Shown here piece by piece: positions 1-9,442 of a DNA stretch of 64,000 nucleotides. A program made the translations under genes and the position numbers. How positions within the stretch are numbered: position 1 is the first letter of the stretch; every line of letters begins with the position of its first letter. The notes under the pieces were generated by a model. That model made no database searches. It was not told the origin of the DNA and saw only the letters and a list, made by a program, of their open reading frames with translations. This DNA comes from Alphaproteobacteria bacterium (lineage in GTDB: Bacteria; Pseudomonadota; Alphaproteobacteria; Rs-D84). The stretch spans positions 6 through 64,005 of the forward strand of contig JAFRSF010000026.1 in NCBI GenBank assembly GCA_017427715.1, given 5' to 3'.

Positions 1-1
1 T

Positions 2-1522
2 TTACGTTTTGCTTATGAACAGTTGAAGGCGGAAGATTTCAATGATTGCTTGGTGGCCATAGACGAATTTCACCATGTTTCTGCGGATATCAATGCAAGT
101 AAACTTGGGGATCTGTTCCATGGACTTATAATTGGATCTAGTGCACATATTATAGCCATGACCGGATCTTATTTTCGTGGGGATGGTATAGCAGTTATGT
201 TGCCTGAAGATGAATATAAATTTGATCGTGTAACCTATAACTACTATGAACAATTGAATGGGTATAAATATCTGAAATCTTTGGGAATTGGTTATCATTT
301 TTATCAGGGTCAATATATTTCGGCGATCAAAGATGTATTGGATACTGACAAGAAAACAATTATTCATATTCCGTACGTTAATTCACAGGCTTCAACCAAA
401 GATAAATATGAAGAGGTTTCAAAGATTATAGATGTCATAGGCGAAATAGACCATGAAGACCAAGACACCGGTATAATCTATGTAAAAAGACATTCAGACG
501 GTAAGATTTTGAAGGTGGCAGATCTGGTCGAAGAAGATGGGCGTGATCGTGTGGTGACTTATCTTCGAAACATGAAAAGTGAAGATGATCTTGATATTTT
601 GATTGCTCTTGGTATGGCGAAAGAAGGTTTTGATTGGCCTTATTGTGAACATACTTTGACAATTGGGTACAGAGGATCTTTGACGGAAGTTGTGCAGATT
701 ATTGGACGTTGTACCAGAGATAGTGAAAACAAAACACATGCACAATTTACAAACCTTATAGCTGAACCGGCCGCAACAGAAGAACAAACAACAGTGGCGG
801 TACAAAATATGTTGAAAGCCATCACTTGCTCTTTGTTGATGGAACAGGTTATTGCACCAAAATTCGACTTTAAACCACGCAAAGGGTCTGATGTTAGCGA
901 TAATAAACCAGGTGAAATCAAAGTTCGTGGTCTGAAAGATACTACGGATAGGGTTAGTAAAATTTTGGAAACAGATTTAGACGATTTGAAGGCCAAGGTT
1001 TTACAAGATACCGATATTCAAAAAGCAATTCCTGGCAACGTAGATCCACTGATTATAAACAAGCATTTGATACCGAAGATTATCAGAACTGCATACCCGG
1101 ATTTGACCGATGACGAAGTAGATCAAGTACGTCAAAGAGTGGTTGCAGATGCGGCTATCAAGACAGGACATATTGAACAAGTTGGTGACAAGCAATTTAT
1201 CAGAATAGCCAACCAGTTTATAAACATTGTGGATTTGGATATCGATCTTATTGATGCCATTAACCCGTTCCAGAAAGCATTTGAGGTCTTGTCTAAATCG
1301 CTTGATAAAAAGATGTTCAAACTGATCCAGGATTCTATTGACACAACAAGGATCAAAATGACGTTGGACCAAGCTCGTATGTTATGGCCACAGATTCAAG
1401 AATTTCGGAAGAATGTCGGTCATGAACCTTATTATCATTCCAATGATCCAAAAGAACGTGAATTGGCAGAAGCTTTGTTATGTCTGAAAGATGAAATCCG
1501 TAAGCAAAAGGCTGCAAAATGA
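2..1522 (+). CDS. SF2 DExH-box helicase, C-terminal part (5' end outside the window)
   Basis: The reading frame is open from base 2. It shows motif II AIDEFHH, motif III MTGSYFRGD and motif VI QIIGRCTRD, followed by a ~240-aa extension. Confidence 0.8.
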   Translation, partial: LRFAYEQLKAEDFNDCLVAIDEFHHVSADINASKLGDLFHGLIIGSSAHIIAMTGSYFRGDGIAVMLPEDEYKFDRVTYNYYEQLNGYKYLKSLGIGYHFYQGQYISAIKDVLDTDKKTIIHIPYVNSQASTKDKYEEVSKIIDVIGEIDHEDQDTGIIYVKRHSDGKILKVADLVEEDGRDRVVTYLRNMKSEDDLDILIALGMAKEGFDWPYCEHTLTIGYRGSLTEVVQIIGRCTRDSENKTHAQFTNLIAEPAATEEQTTVAVQNMLKAITCSLLMEQVIAPKFDFKPRKGSDVSDNKPGEIKVRGLKDTTDRVSKILETDLDDLKAKVLQDTDIQKAIPGNVDPLIINKHLIPKIIRTAYPDLTDDEVDQVRQRVVADAAIKTGHIEQVGDKQFIRIANQFINIVDLDIDLIDAINPFQKAFEVLSKSLDKKMFKLIQDSIDTTRIKMTLDQARMLWPQIQEFRKNVGHEPYYHSNDPKERELAEALLCLKDEIRKQKAAK

Positions 1523-2691
1523 TAGAAGATTGGTTGCAACAGATCATTGATGAAGATGAATATGGCCTTTTGTATATAAAGCCGATTGTTAGACCACAGA
1601 CCGAAGAAGAACGCACGGTTATGGGGTTTGAAGAGATAAATAGCTTTATTGATAAACATGGCAAAGAACCGACTGACAACCCAAATGATATAATAGAAAA
1701 GCGGTTATTTATGAGATTAAAGGGGCTTAGAAACAATCCGGATCTTGCACACAAATTGAAAGAAGTAGACGTTCATAATTTGCTACCGGAACAAGTAACA
1801 CAAACTGAACCTGCAAGCATTGAAGATATTATGAACAGTGACGATTTTGGTATGTTAGATACAGATCCAGAACATGATATATTCACAATCAAACATGGCA
1901 AACCAGTGAACAGATCTGTTGGTACGTTCGATCATATTGCGAAGCAGAAAAAGTGTAAAGATTTTGATAAATTCGAACACCTTTTCAAATCGTGCCAAGA
2001 GGATCTGAAAAACAATAAGCGTAGATTGCTAAAATTTGCTAATGAGGGATCCATTAAACCAGGTGCATTTTTCGTTTTGCGTGGGATGTTGCTGTATATC
2101 GATAGTGTCGGTGATTTTACATACAGAAACCATCGGCAGCAAGCAAGAACTAGATGTATTTATGAAAATGGCACTGAATCCGATATATTGAGAAATTCTT
2201 TGGCCAAGACCATGTACAGTGAAGGTCAGATTGTTTCTGAAAACGTGGAAGATACATTGAAAGATATGGCTGGGATCACTGAAGAGGATGAATCAAATGG
2301 ATATATTTATATTCTGCGATCATTGAGTAAAGATCCACAAATCAGAGACATCCCAGACTTGTATAAAATTGGTTGGTCTAGTACCGGTGTTGAAGAAAGA
2401 ATAAAAAATGCAATAAACGAACCAACTTATTTGATGGCAAAAGTAAAAATTGTAGAAACATATAAAACATTCAACGTTAATGCTCAGAAGTTTGAAGATA
2501 TAATCCATAAATTCTTCAAAACAGCACAAGTTTTGATAGATGTTACTGATCATAATGGTACAAGATGTTCGCCTCATGAATGGTTTAGTGTGCCTTTGGG
2601 AATAATTCAACAAGCAATAGCATTGTTGGTGTCTGGTGAAATTGTAAAATACAAATATGATTCTGTAACCAAAACGATTGTTGAAAGATAA
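1519..2691 (+). CDS. T5orf172 / MUG113-type GIY-YIG-like domain protein (putative nuclease)
   Basis: Its start overlaps the helicase stop in an ATGA, indicating translational coupling. The C-terminal domain reads GYIYILRS...YKIGWSS...ERIKN...FEDIIHKFF...HEWFSVPL. Confidence 0.7.
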   Translation: MIEDWLQQIIDEDEYGLLYIKPIVRPQTEEERTVMGFEEINSFIDKHGKEPTDNPNDIIEKRLFMRLKGLRNNPDLAHKLKEVDVHNLLPEQVTQTEPASIEDIMNSDDFGMLDTDPEHDIFTIKHGKPVNRSVGTFDHIAKQKKCKDFDKFEHLFKSCQEDLKNNKRRLLKFANEGSIKPGAFFVLRGMLLYIDSVGDFTYRNHRQQARTRCIYENGTESDILRNSLAKTMYSEGQIVSENVEDTLKDMAGITEEDESNGYIYILRSLSKDPQIRDIPDLYKIGWSSTGVEERIKNAINEPTYLMAKVKIVETYKTFNVNAQKFEDIIHKFFKTAQVLIDVTDHNGTRCSPHEWFSVPLGIIQQAIALLVSGEIVKYKYDSVTKTIVER

Positions 2692-2755
2692 AATCACATA
2701 ATCCTTGAATTTCCAGGTTGTTTTGTTATATTTGGCATAAAAGAAAAGGATTATC

Positions 2756-3658
2756 ATGCCAAGTACGGAAGATAAAATAAAATTGAAATTTACTGGTGAA
2801 GATACGACCATTGATGCCACACTGTTGGCACAGACTATATTAGATCTAAATACATTATCAAATATTGCTGCAAAACAGATAGACCCAGAGGCAAAAACTG
2901 GACTTATTCTAACAGAAACGAAACCAGGATGTTTTGAGGCATATTTTTCAACAATTGCGACTGTAGGTGCATCGTTATTGAGTCCAGAAGGCCTAAATAC
3001 GATTGGTGCAATTATAGAATATTTGAGATTCATAATTCAACTAGGGAAAAAACAACCAGAAAGTGTTTCTGTAAATAATTCCAATGGGAATGTAACCGTA
3101 ATTAATGGTGATGGTAATACTATAAATATAAATCGTAATACCTACAACATATATGTAGATCCAAATGCACGAAAAGCAACGACGGATCTTTGGAAATCTT
3201 TATACAAATCGTCACGGCAAGGCGACTTGTCTATATCTGCCACTAATGAAGATCAGGAACAATCTGATCAAAATACAGTAACAATAGAAAAATCGTACGG
3301 TAACAATTTTCCTGATGTAGTTTTTGAACCAAAACAAAACAGTATAGAATCAGAGATGGTAATAAATGCATTCTTGCCTATTCGTAGACCAGATTTAGCC
3401 AAGGATGGTCCATGGGTTATGGAATATCAGCAATCAAATGTTTGGATGAAAATCGAAGATGAACAATTTATGGAAAAAGTAAAATCTGGGACAATATCTT
3501 TCAAATCGGGGGATTCTTTATTGTGTCAATTAAGAATCAAATACGTGGAAGATCCAGATGGGAATCCTGTAGTTGGATCAGAAAAATATTCCATAAAGAA
3601 AGTATTGAAACAGGTTCCTCGTGCTGAAAATGTTGATATGTTTGATCAGGCAGATTAG
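2756..3658 (+). CDS. Hypothetical protein, third gene of the helicase operon
   Basis: A 300-aa ORF with an AAAGGA Shine-Dalgarno before the ATG and the same strand as the helicase. I recognised no motif. Confidence 0.55.
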   Translation: MPSTEDKIKLKFTGEDTTIDATLLAQTILDLNTLSNIAAKQIDPEAKTGLILTETKPGCFEAYFSTIATVGASLLSPEGLNTIGAIIEYLRFIIQLGKKQPESVSVNNSNGNVTVINGDGNTININRNTYNIYVDPNARKATTDLWKSLYKSSRQGDLSISATNEDQEQSDQNTVTIEKSYGNNFPDVVFEPKQNSIESEMVINAFLPIRRPDLAKDGPWVMEYQQSNVWMKIEDEQFMEKVKSGTISFKSGDSLLCQLRIKYVEDPDGNPVVGSEKYSIKKVLKQVPRAENVDMFDQAD

Positions 3659-3726
3659 AATATTTGAACTTTCTCTATTAAGTTACGTCTCTACTCAAGA
3701 AAATGTACCACGAACGGCACCTTTTG

Positions 3727-5415
3727 CTATCTAAACACCGTATACGTATCGCCATTATCCAGTTCTTCTATTGCATTATCAATTCTTTTTAGCATAAGCT
3801 GAGGGATTGTTCGAAATTTCTTAGCTTCTTCGCTTCCTGGCTGTGTTTTTTCATACTGTTGCACTAAAATAAACTTTCTGTTACCACCATCATATTTATT
3901 CTGTGTCATAACAGCATCGCCTGTTGTACCAGAGCCGGCAAAAAAATCAGCAATTATCAGGCCTGCATCTTTTTTACCCAGCAAACGTAAGAGCATCATC
4001 AACAATTTTTTTGGTTTTTTCCCAGCATGGAACGGCACATTAGACTCTTTTTGGATACGGGACTTCTGTGATCGTAAGTCCCAACAATTTCCAAGAATGT
4101 AACCGCTTTCTATCGTCCCATCTTCATTTTCTATCAATTTGTCAGAAAATCGTTTATAATGGACTGTAATGCTTGAAGATAGCTTTTCGAACAAAGACCC
4201 ATCTTTTTCAATTATAACGCCTGTACAGGCATCTGAAGCGTTTTTAAGTGGGTTTGAACGAGGTGTGGTTGGTTTATAAAGTTTGTGTGCTAAATTATTG
4301 TAAAAATAGCTCTCAAATTCACTAGACATATCCACCAACGAAGGTATATTGGCAACACTCATCTTTAGACCGTATTTATGAAAAAGGTTTACCACCCAGT
4401 CCTGAGATTTTAGATAGTCTATTAGTGGCGTTTTCCTGTACAGTGGCTCGATGGGGGCTGCTCGTTCAATAACCCACGTAAAGCCGCTCAGTCTAGTACT
4501 TACTACCGGTTCGTATAATCGTTGCAAATAATTGATCTTGGATATATCACGAGAGAATAAAAGTAAGTAAGAACATACGTTTGGCAATCTGTAATTTGAA
4601 TATCCAACAATCGGTCCGGCACTTTCACTAGTGATAACGGTAACTAAAGAAATAAACTGCTCTGGTCCAAATACTTCGTCCATCAAAAGTCGAAGTTGAG
4701 CAAGCCGATGATGCGAAATACTGATTGCAATAACCCCGTCCGGACTCAACAACTGTTTAGCCAATTGTAATCTTGGATATAAAAAACTTAGAAAATCACA
4801 CGCCCCTTCAAAATTAGCAGAATCCAGATACGGTTGAGGACTGCGAGTTGAAGGTGCATCATACAAAACATCCATGTATATAAGCCCTATACGATCCTTA
4901 TAAGTGGGCATAATTTGTTTCATTACATCCAGGTTGTCCCCTATGTAAATTTCATGATTCTTTTTATTAGGTTGATTATAATGGTCATATGGTTTGAATT
5001 TTTTAGTAGGCGGCATGTTAACCAATTTTTCAGCGGCTGCACGTCCCTGGAATTGTAATGAAACACCGTTGAGATTCTGTGTGCTTGTACTATTGCTTGA
5101 GAAATTTTCAGATAATCCAACCACCGAATTGTATCTATATCGTTGTCCCCATTGACGGCTTGGATCTACAGGTGAAACAAATCCATATTTGATAAGCTTA
5201 TTCACAGTGGTTGTAACATTTTGTCTTGAAACTTTGGTCTTTTTTACGAGGTCTGCCACCGCTTGTTCAGGCTGATCATAAAAAGCGTTCAAAATCATTG
5301 TGGCGGTTCGTGGAAATTTGAATAGCTTTTTTACTTTTTCACGATCAATAGTGGCCCTATCATGATTGATGGCTTCAAGTGTTTTTCTGACGTTTTGAAA
5401 TTTTACGTTTCTCAT
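3727..5415 (-). CDS. Type III Mod-like (beta-class) DNA methyltransferase homolog with N-terminal winged-helix domain; motif IV is degenerate
   Basis: Motif I (ADFFAGSGTTGDAV) lies C-terminal, and LIYMDVLYDAPS sits where IDPPY is expected. The N-terminus has an HTH (ADLVKKTKVSRQNVTTTVNKLIKYGFV). Confidence 0.7.
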   Translation of the reverse strand: MRNVKFQNVRKTLEAINHDRATIDREKVKKLFKFPRTATMILNAFYDQPEQAVADLVKKTKVSRQNVTTTVNKLIKYGFVSPVDPSRQWGQRYRYNSVVGLSENFSSNSTSTQNLNGVSLQFQGRAAAEKLVNMPPTKKFKPYDHYNQPNKKNHEIYIGDNLDVMKQIMPTYKDRIGLIYMDVLYDAPSTRSPQPYLDSANFEGACDFLSFLYPRLQLAKQLLSPDGVIAISISHHRLAQLRLLMDEVFGPEQFISLVTVITSESAGPIVGYSNYRLPNVCSYLLLFSRDISKINYLQRLYEPVVSTRLSGFTWVIERAAPIEPLYRKTPLIDYLKSQDWVVNLFHKYGLKMSVANIPSLVDMSSEFESYFYNNLAHKLYKPTTPRSNPLKNASDACTGVIIEKDGSLFEKLSSSITVHYKRFSDKLIENEDGTIESGYILGNCWDLRSQKSRIQKESNVPFHAGKKPKKLLMMLLRLLGKKDAGLIIADFFAGSGTTGDAVMTQNKYDGGNRKFILVQQYEKTQPGSEEAKKFRTIPQLMLKRIDNAIEELDNGDTYTVFR

Positions 5416-5437
5416 GTGTTTTATTGTAACAAAATAT

Positions 5438-5464
5438 CATGACAAGGTCAATCGGCTTGTCATG
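5438..5464. promoter_or_regulatory. Perfect 9-bp inverted repeat (CATGACAAG-N9-CTTGTCATG) just upstream of the methyltransferase start; candidate operator
   Basis: Read directly from the sequence, 23 bp upstream of the start codon at 5415. The adjacent protein has an HTH domain. Confidence 0.4.
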
Positions 5465-5693
5465 AAAATTGGTATAAAAAATATTTTCAAAAGTTTTTGA
5501 AATTTACAGGCTGAAAGTGGCGGTTTTGTTGGGCGTTTGCCTGCAAATTTTTCTTGTATTAATGGAAATTAAGTTCTGTCTTTAATTTTTCTTGGAATTA
5601 TAATATATATAAGTAATAAAAAAACAAAATAATATCGTCAAAACATACAGTTCTAATAGATATGGGCAATGATATTATAAAGGAAAATAGATT

Positions 5694-7271
5694 ATGGCAC
5701 AGAAGCAAAAATATACAAAAGCAGAATGGGTTATTTTGGATAAAAATACCAGGTTAGCTGCTTGTTTGGGTTTTGATGTGTCTAATACTGCCTTCTGGAC
5801 AAGCAAAAAAGATAAAAATACTGGCTCAACTAAATATTCTAAGTGTAATTTTTCAAATGGTTGTGTTTGGGATGAAAGTTTACGAACGGTTCGTAAAACG
5901 CCTCTTAAATCATTTTTGAGTTCGAATTTTGGCAAAGAACCCGTGTTTGACGAGTTTAGAATTCCTAAAAAACCGAACTTGATCAAATGGAAAAATGTTA
6001 TAGCACCAATTGCTCATCCAAATATTTTTGTATATGATTTTGATAATCATGACAATTTGGCTTCTTTATCCCAGAAAATACAAGAAATTTATGAAAGATT
6101 GCATCAAAATAAGGACTTGTTGATAGGATATAAAACAGGGTTCAATGGTTTACATGTGTTTTGTTTGGTGCAACATAAAAGCATAGTAGAAAAAGAATGT
6201 GAAGAATTTGAATCTACGGGTGGTCATATTGATATATTTAACAGTGAAAAAGGTAATGGCATAGGAATCCCAGGTTTTGATCATTATCTGTACAAGGAAG
6301 AAGAAGTTCAACATTTTATAGATATTGCTGAGGTTCAAATCGAAGGCCGGCTTTCTATATATCAATCAAAACCTGATCAACCTATAAAATACCCAAAACC
6401 ATTAGAAATTTCACCAGATGTGATAGAAACTATTCAGTTATATAAAGCTGCTAAAGCTAATATAAAATCGCATAAAGACGGTGTAAAAAATTGTGTAATG
6501 TGGCGACATAACACAGGAGTGGAACGTGGTGTAGAATATATAGAATCACTTATGAGTGCAAAAGGCCACAGAACAGAAATTTTATTATCAAGCAATGGTC
6601 ACGAATATATCACTAGGGCGTTATCAAATTTAAATATACAGGATATAACTGATTTTAGGAAACGTTTCCCAGATTTCGAAGAGAATCATTACAAATTGAT
6701 AGAAGAAAGAATAGAATATATAAAAAATACAAAGAACAAAACAACATCGACCAGAATTCAGTGCGATAAAAATTATAAGGAAGATATACTAGAATTGAAC
6801 GCTTCCTTGAGAGAATTTTTCATTTCTAATGGTATAAAACCCAAGAAAGAACTGTTGTTTGTAGCAACATATTTGGCGAATTGTACGCACCGTAATATTC
6901 GTTGCCCTGGGTATATTCATTACATAGAATTTTGTAAAATGAACGAGTTAGAAATTATACCAGAAAGAAGTTATTATCGTATAGTAAAAGAATGTAAAGA
7001 CCATAGACTTATTTCTATTCCAAACGGTGGTGTATGGACTGTAGGGAAGAAATGTAGAGAAATAATAAAAGGTCATTTATTATATGTGTTCGATTTTGAA
7101 AGAAGTAAAAAAGTTCTTCATAAAGTATTTGATTATATTCAAGTAAATGTTACTTATAACAAATTGTATAGCTATTCTTTCTTTTCTACAGTATTATGTA
7201 CTGCCAAAAATGCAATTGTCACAATAACAGACATGTTCAATATGCAGAATTTTTACTATCTTAGACCATAA
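5694..7271 (+). CDS. Archaeo-eukaryotic primase (prim-pol) domain protein, putative island replication protein
   Basis: The three AEP motifs occur in order: IFVYDFDNHD (DxD), TGFNGLHVFCL (sGxGxH) and GGHIDIF (hD). The C-terminal ~300 aa is unknown. Confidence 0.55.
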   Translation: MAQKQKYTKAEWVILDKNTRLAACLGFDVSNTAFWTSKKDKNTGSTKYSKCNFSNGCVWDESLRTVRKTPLKSFLSSNFGKEPVFDEFRIPKKPNLIKWKNVIAPIAHPNIFVYDFDNHDNLASLSQKIQEIYERLHQNKDLLIGYKTGFNGLHVFCLVQHKSIVEKECEEFESTGGHIDIFNSEKGNGIGIPGFDHYLYKEEEVQHFIDIAEVQIEGRLSIYQSKPDQPIKYPKPLEISPDVIETIQLYKAAKANIKSHKDGVKNCVMWRHNTGVERGVEYIESLMSAKGHRTEILLSSNGHEYITRALSNLNIQDITDFRKRFPDFEENHYKLIEERIEYIKNTKNKTTSTRIQCDKNYKEDILELNASLREFFISNGIKPKKELLFVATYLANCTHRNIRCPGYIHYIEFCKMNELEIIPERSYYRIVKECKDHRLISIPNGGVWTVGKKCREIIKGHLLYVFDFERSKKVLHKVFDYIQVNVTYNKLYSYSFFSTVLCTAKNAIVTITDMFNMQNFYYLRP

Positions 7272-7338
7272 ACATCTATCAATAATACAAAATAATAATA
7301 AATAATTCAGATTTAAGTCAAAATAAAAGGAATAAACA

Positions 7339-7647
7339 ATGTCAATTTTGAATGTAAGTAGAACAGCAAATCAACAAAATCCCTATTGTAATTTTCGTTT
7401 TCAAGATCCTAATAATCCAAATCATAATCCATGTAAAATAATGGTAAAGGAATCTGATGTATGGAAATATATGGGGTGTATGGAAAAAGGATGGGTGTTT
7501 AGGGATGGTAAAAAAGAAGTGCAATTCCAAAAGTGTGATGGTGGCACAGTATTAAATACTATCGTAAACGGGACAACATATCCTTATACTCTATTTGATA
7601 GTGAAAAACAACAGGTCTACGATTGGATAGAGCAAAATCTAGTGTAG
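7339..7647 (+). CDS. Hypothetical small protein
   Basis: A 102-aa ORF with an AAAGGA Shine-Dalgarno. Its 3' end overlaps the integrase 3' end by 9 nt. Confidence 0.4.
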   Translation: MSILNVSRTANQQNPYCNFRFQDPNNPNHNPCKIMVKESDVWKYMGCMEKGWVFRDGKKEVQFQKCDGGTVLNTIVNGTTYPYTLFDSEKQQVYDWIEQNLV

Positions 7648-9084
7648 GGTATGTTGTATTAGTGAGGTTATAGAATCTGGTAATATTCCACCAAACAAAA
7701 GTTCCATATAGGGGTATTGTATTTGGTTTACAGCGTTTATCATCTTAGTTGGTAACCTGGTAAAACTTTGTTTGTTGTACACCCTTGATGAGATTGATTT
7801 GTTTGATGGTTTATTGCCGGCTATAGCTTCCAGCATGTCTCTGCTTATATGCATTTCGTTATGGCTGTAGAATGATTCCTTGAGGCTGTGCATATCAAGC
7901 ATAAATTTATCTGTAGTTTTTGGTTTGATATTTATAACTTTAAACAAGACATTTACACATTCGTTCATTACCTTTGGTCTATAACCTTGTTTTGTCTTAT
8001 TTTGAATCATTTCTTCGAATATAAAAGCCTGTGATCCATATTTTTGTTCGTGTTGTTTTATGTAATCGATCAGTCCAAGTTCTTCTAGCACTATTGCGAT
8101 TGGTATCTTACGTTCTGAATCATCTGTTTTTAGTTTTTTATAAGTTTCTCTGGTATCGCCTTGTTGAATTATTGTTTCGTTTCTGGATATGGTTATTGTT
8201 TTATTACAGCAATCTACGTCTTGGTGTCTGATCGTTATTGCTCCACAGGCTCTTGTTCCAGTAAATAAGCAAATAAGAATAACATAACCGATCTGTAAGG
8301 GGTATTGTTTGATTGTGTCTAGCCGATTTAATTCCACACTAGATAAATTGATGGGGTGGTTCAAAAATGTAATATCTCGGTGTAGCAATTTATAAAGACA
8401 ACAAAAAAGCTTCTCAAAATCGGGTTCAGATAAAGGCTCTCTGCGAACCGATGCACCAAACCCCTTTATCTTCCGTATTTGTAGTTTGGATATGAGTTTG
8501 TCGGCATTATCTATCCATTCTCTATCTGCAGCATGATTTATAACCTGGCGAAGTAATAACAGATAATTTTTCAACGTTTTAGCTGCTATAGTTTTTCCTT
8601 TATGTATCCCAGCTTGTATCGGTGTGTCCCTAAATTTGCTTATCATGGTGTATATAAGGTCTGGCTGTGCAGCTAAATCTTCTATATATTTGCACCCTAA
8701 AAACTCCACGACTCTTACGATATATGCTCTGTTGTTGCGTAGCCTTATCTCATTCTTACATTGATGCTGCAGACTGTCCCATACCTTTACAATATCATGT
8801 TTTGCTAAGGACTGTTTTGGGACTGATATTTTAGCGGAATTTGTGTGAGTAAAAGAGGGGATAATAGGGACTGATTGGATAGGACTGTTGGCTAAATTCT
8901 GTGATAAAATCTGTCTAAGCAAAAAGATGGCGATATAAGGATCAGATGTGTGTAGGGACTTATAAATACGCTTACCATTGATCTGTTGCCGATAATAATA
9001 AACGCCATTTCTAAGACTCAAATTACGACAGACAGGTAACGACAAACTGGCATCAAAGTTACGGGAAAATAAAAAAGATTGCAT
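7639..9084 (-). CDS. int: Tyrosine recombinase / integrase
   Basis: The N-terminus reads NGVYYYRQQINGKRIYKSL, and the C-terminal catalytic region reads TGTRACGAITIRHQD...MHSLKESF...RVY. It is adjacent to the tRNA. Confidence 0.75.
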   Translation of the reverse strand: MQSFLFSRNFDASLSLPVCRNLSLRNGVYYYRQQINGKRIYKSLHTSDPYIAIFLLRQILSQNLANSPIQSVPIIPSFTHTNSAKISVPKQSLAKHDIVKVWDSLQHQCKNEIRLRNNRAYIVRVVEFLGCKYIEDLAAQPDLIYTMISKFRDTPIQAGIHKGKTIAAKTLKNYLLLLRQVINHAADREWIDNADKLISKLQIRKIKGFGASVRREPLSEPDFEKLFCCLYKLLHRDITFLNHPINLSSVELNRLDTIKQYPLQIGYVILICLFTGTRACGAITIRHQDVDCCNKTITISRNETIIQQGDTRETYKKLKTDDSERKIPIAIVLEELGLIDYIKQHEQKYGSQAFIFEEMIQNKTKQGYRPKVMNECVNVLFKVINIKPKTTDKFMLDMHSLKESFYSHNEMHISRDMLEAIAGNKPSNKSISSRVYNKQSFTRLPTKMINAVNQIQYPYMELLFGGILPDSITSLIQHTLH

Positions 9085-9151
9085 ATCCAGCCCTTTTATC
9101 TGTCTGCAATCTCAAGCAAACTAGGCAATCTATGCAACCTTATCTAAATCT

Positions 9152-9227
9152 TGGCTCGGGCAACTGGACTCGAACCAGTGACATATGGATTAACAGTCCA
9201 TTGTTCTACCGACTGAACTATGCCCGA
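9152..9227 (-). tRNA. tRNA-Asn (anticodon GUU), intact, CCA encoded
   Basis: A 76-nt cloverleaf read by hand: TCGGGCA/TGCCCGA acceptor, GTTC/GAAC D stem, ATGGA-CTGTTAA-TCCAT anticodon arm, ACTGG-TTCGAGT-CCAGT T arm. It is close to E. coli tRNA-Asn. Confidence 0.95.
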
Positions 9228-9442
9228 ATAACGCGACATATAATAACTCTAAAATCCGCACAAGTCAAGGACTTTGTGTGAATTACGAAAAGATTTTTCA
9301 TATTTCCCACAATTCTGCTGGTTAAACCAAACCAAAAACCACCTCTCTGGACTGCATCCCAAAAGCGGACAAGATAAAACCTGTTACGCAATCATATTGA
9401 CAACCGATATCTTTTTGATATTATTCCGTCAAAGAAAAGTTT

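Larger units (their letters stand above)
1..9151. mobile_element. Integrative island next to the tRNA-Asn 3' end (integrase, prim-pol, methyltransferase, helicase/nuclease operon); left boundary lies outside the window
   Basis: The integrase gene starts 67 bp from the 3' end of an intact tRNA-Asn, in the same orientation. The cargo is replication and DNA-modification genes, with no virion genes seen. Confidence 0.6.
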
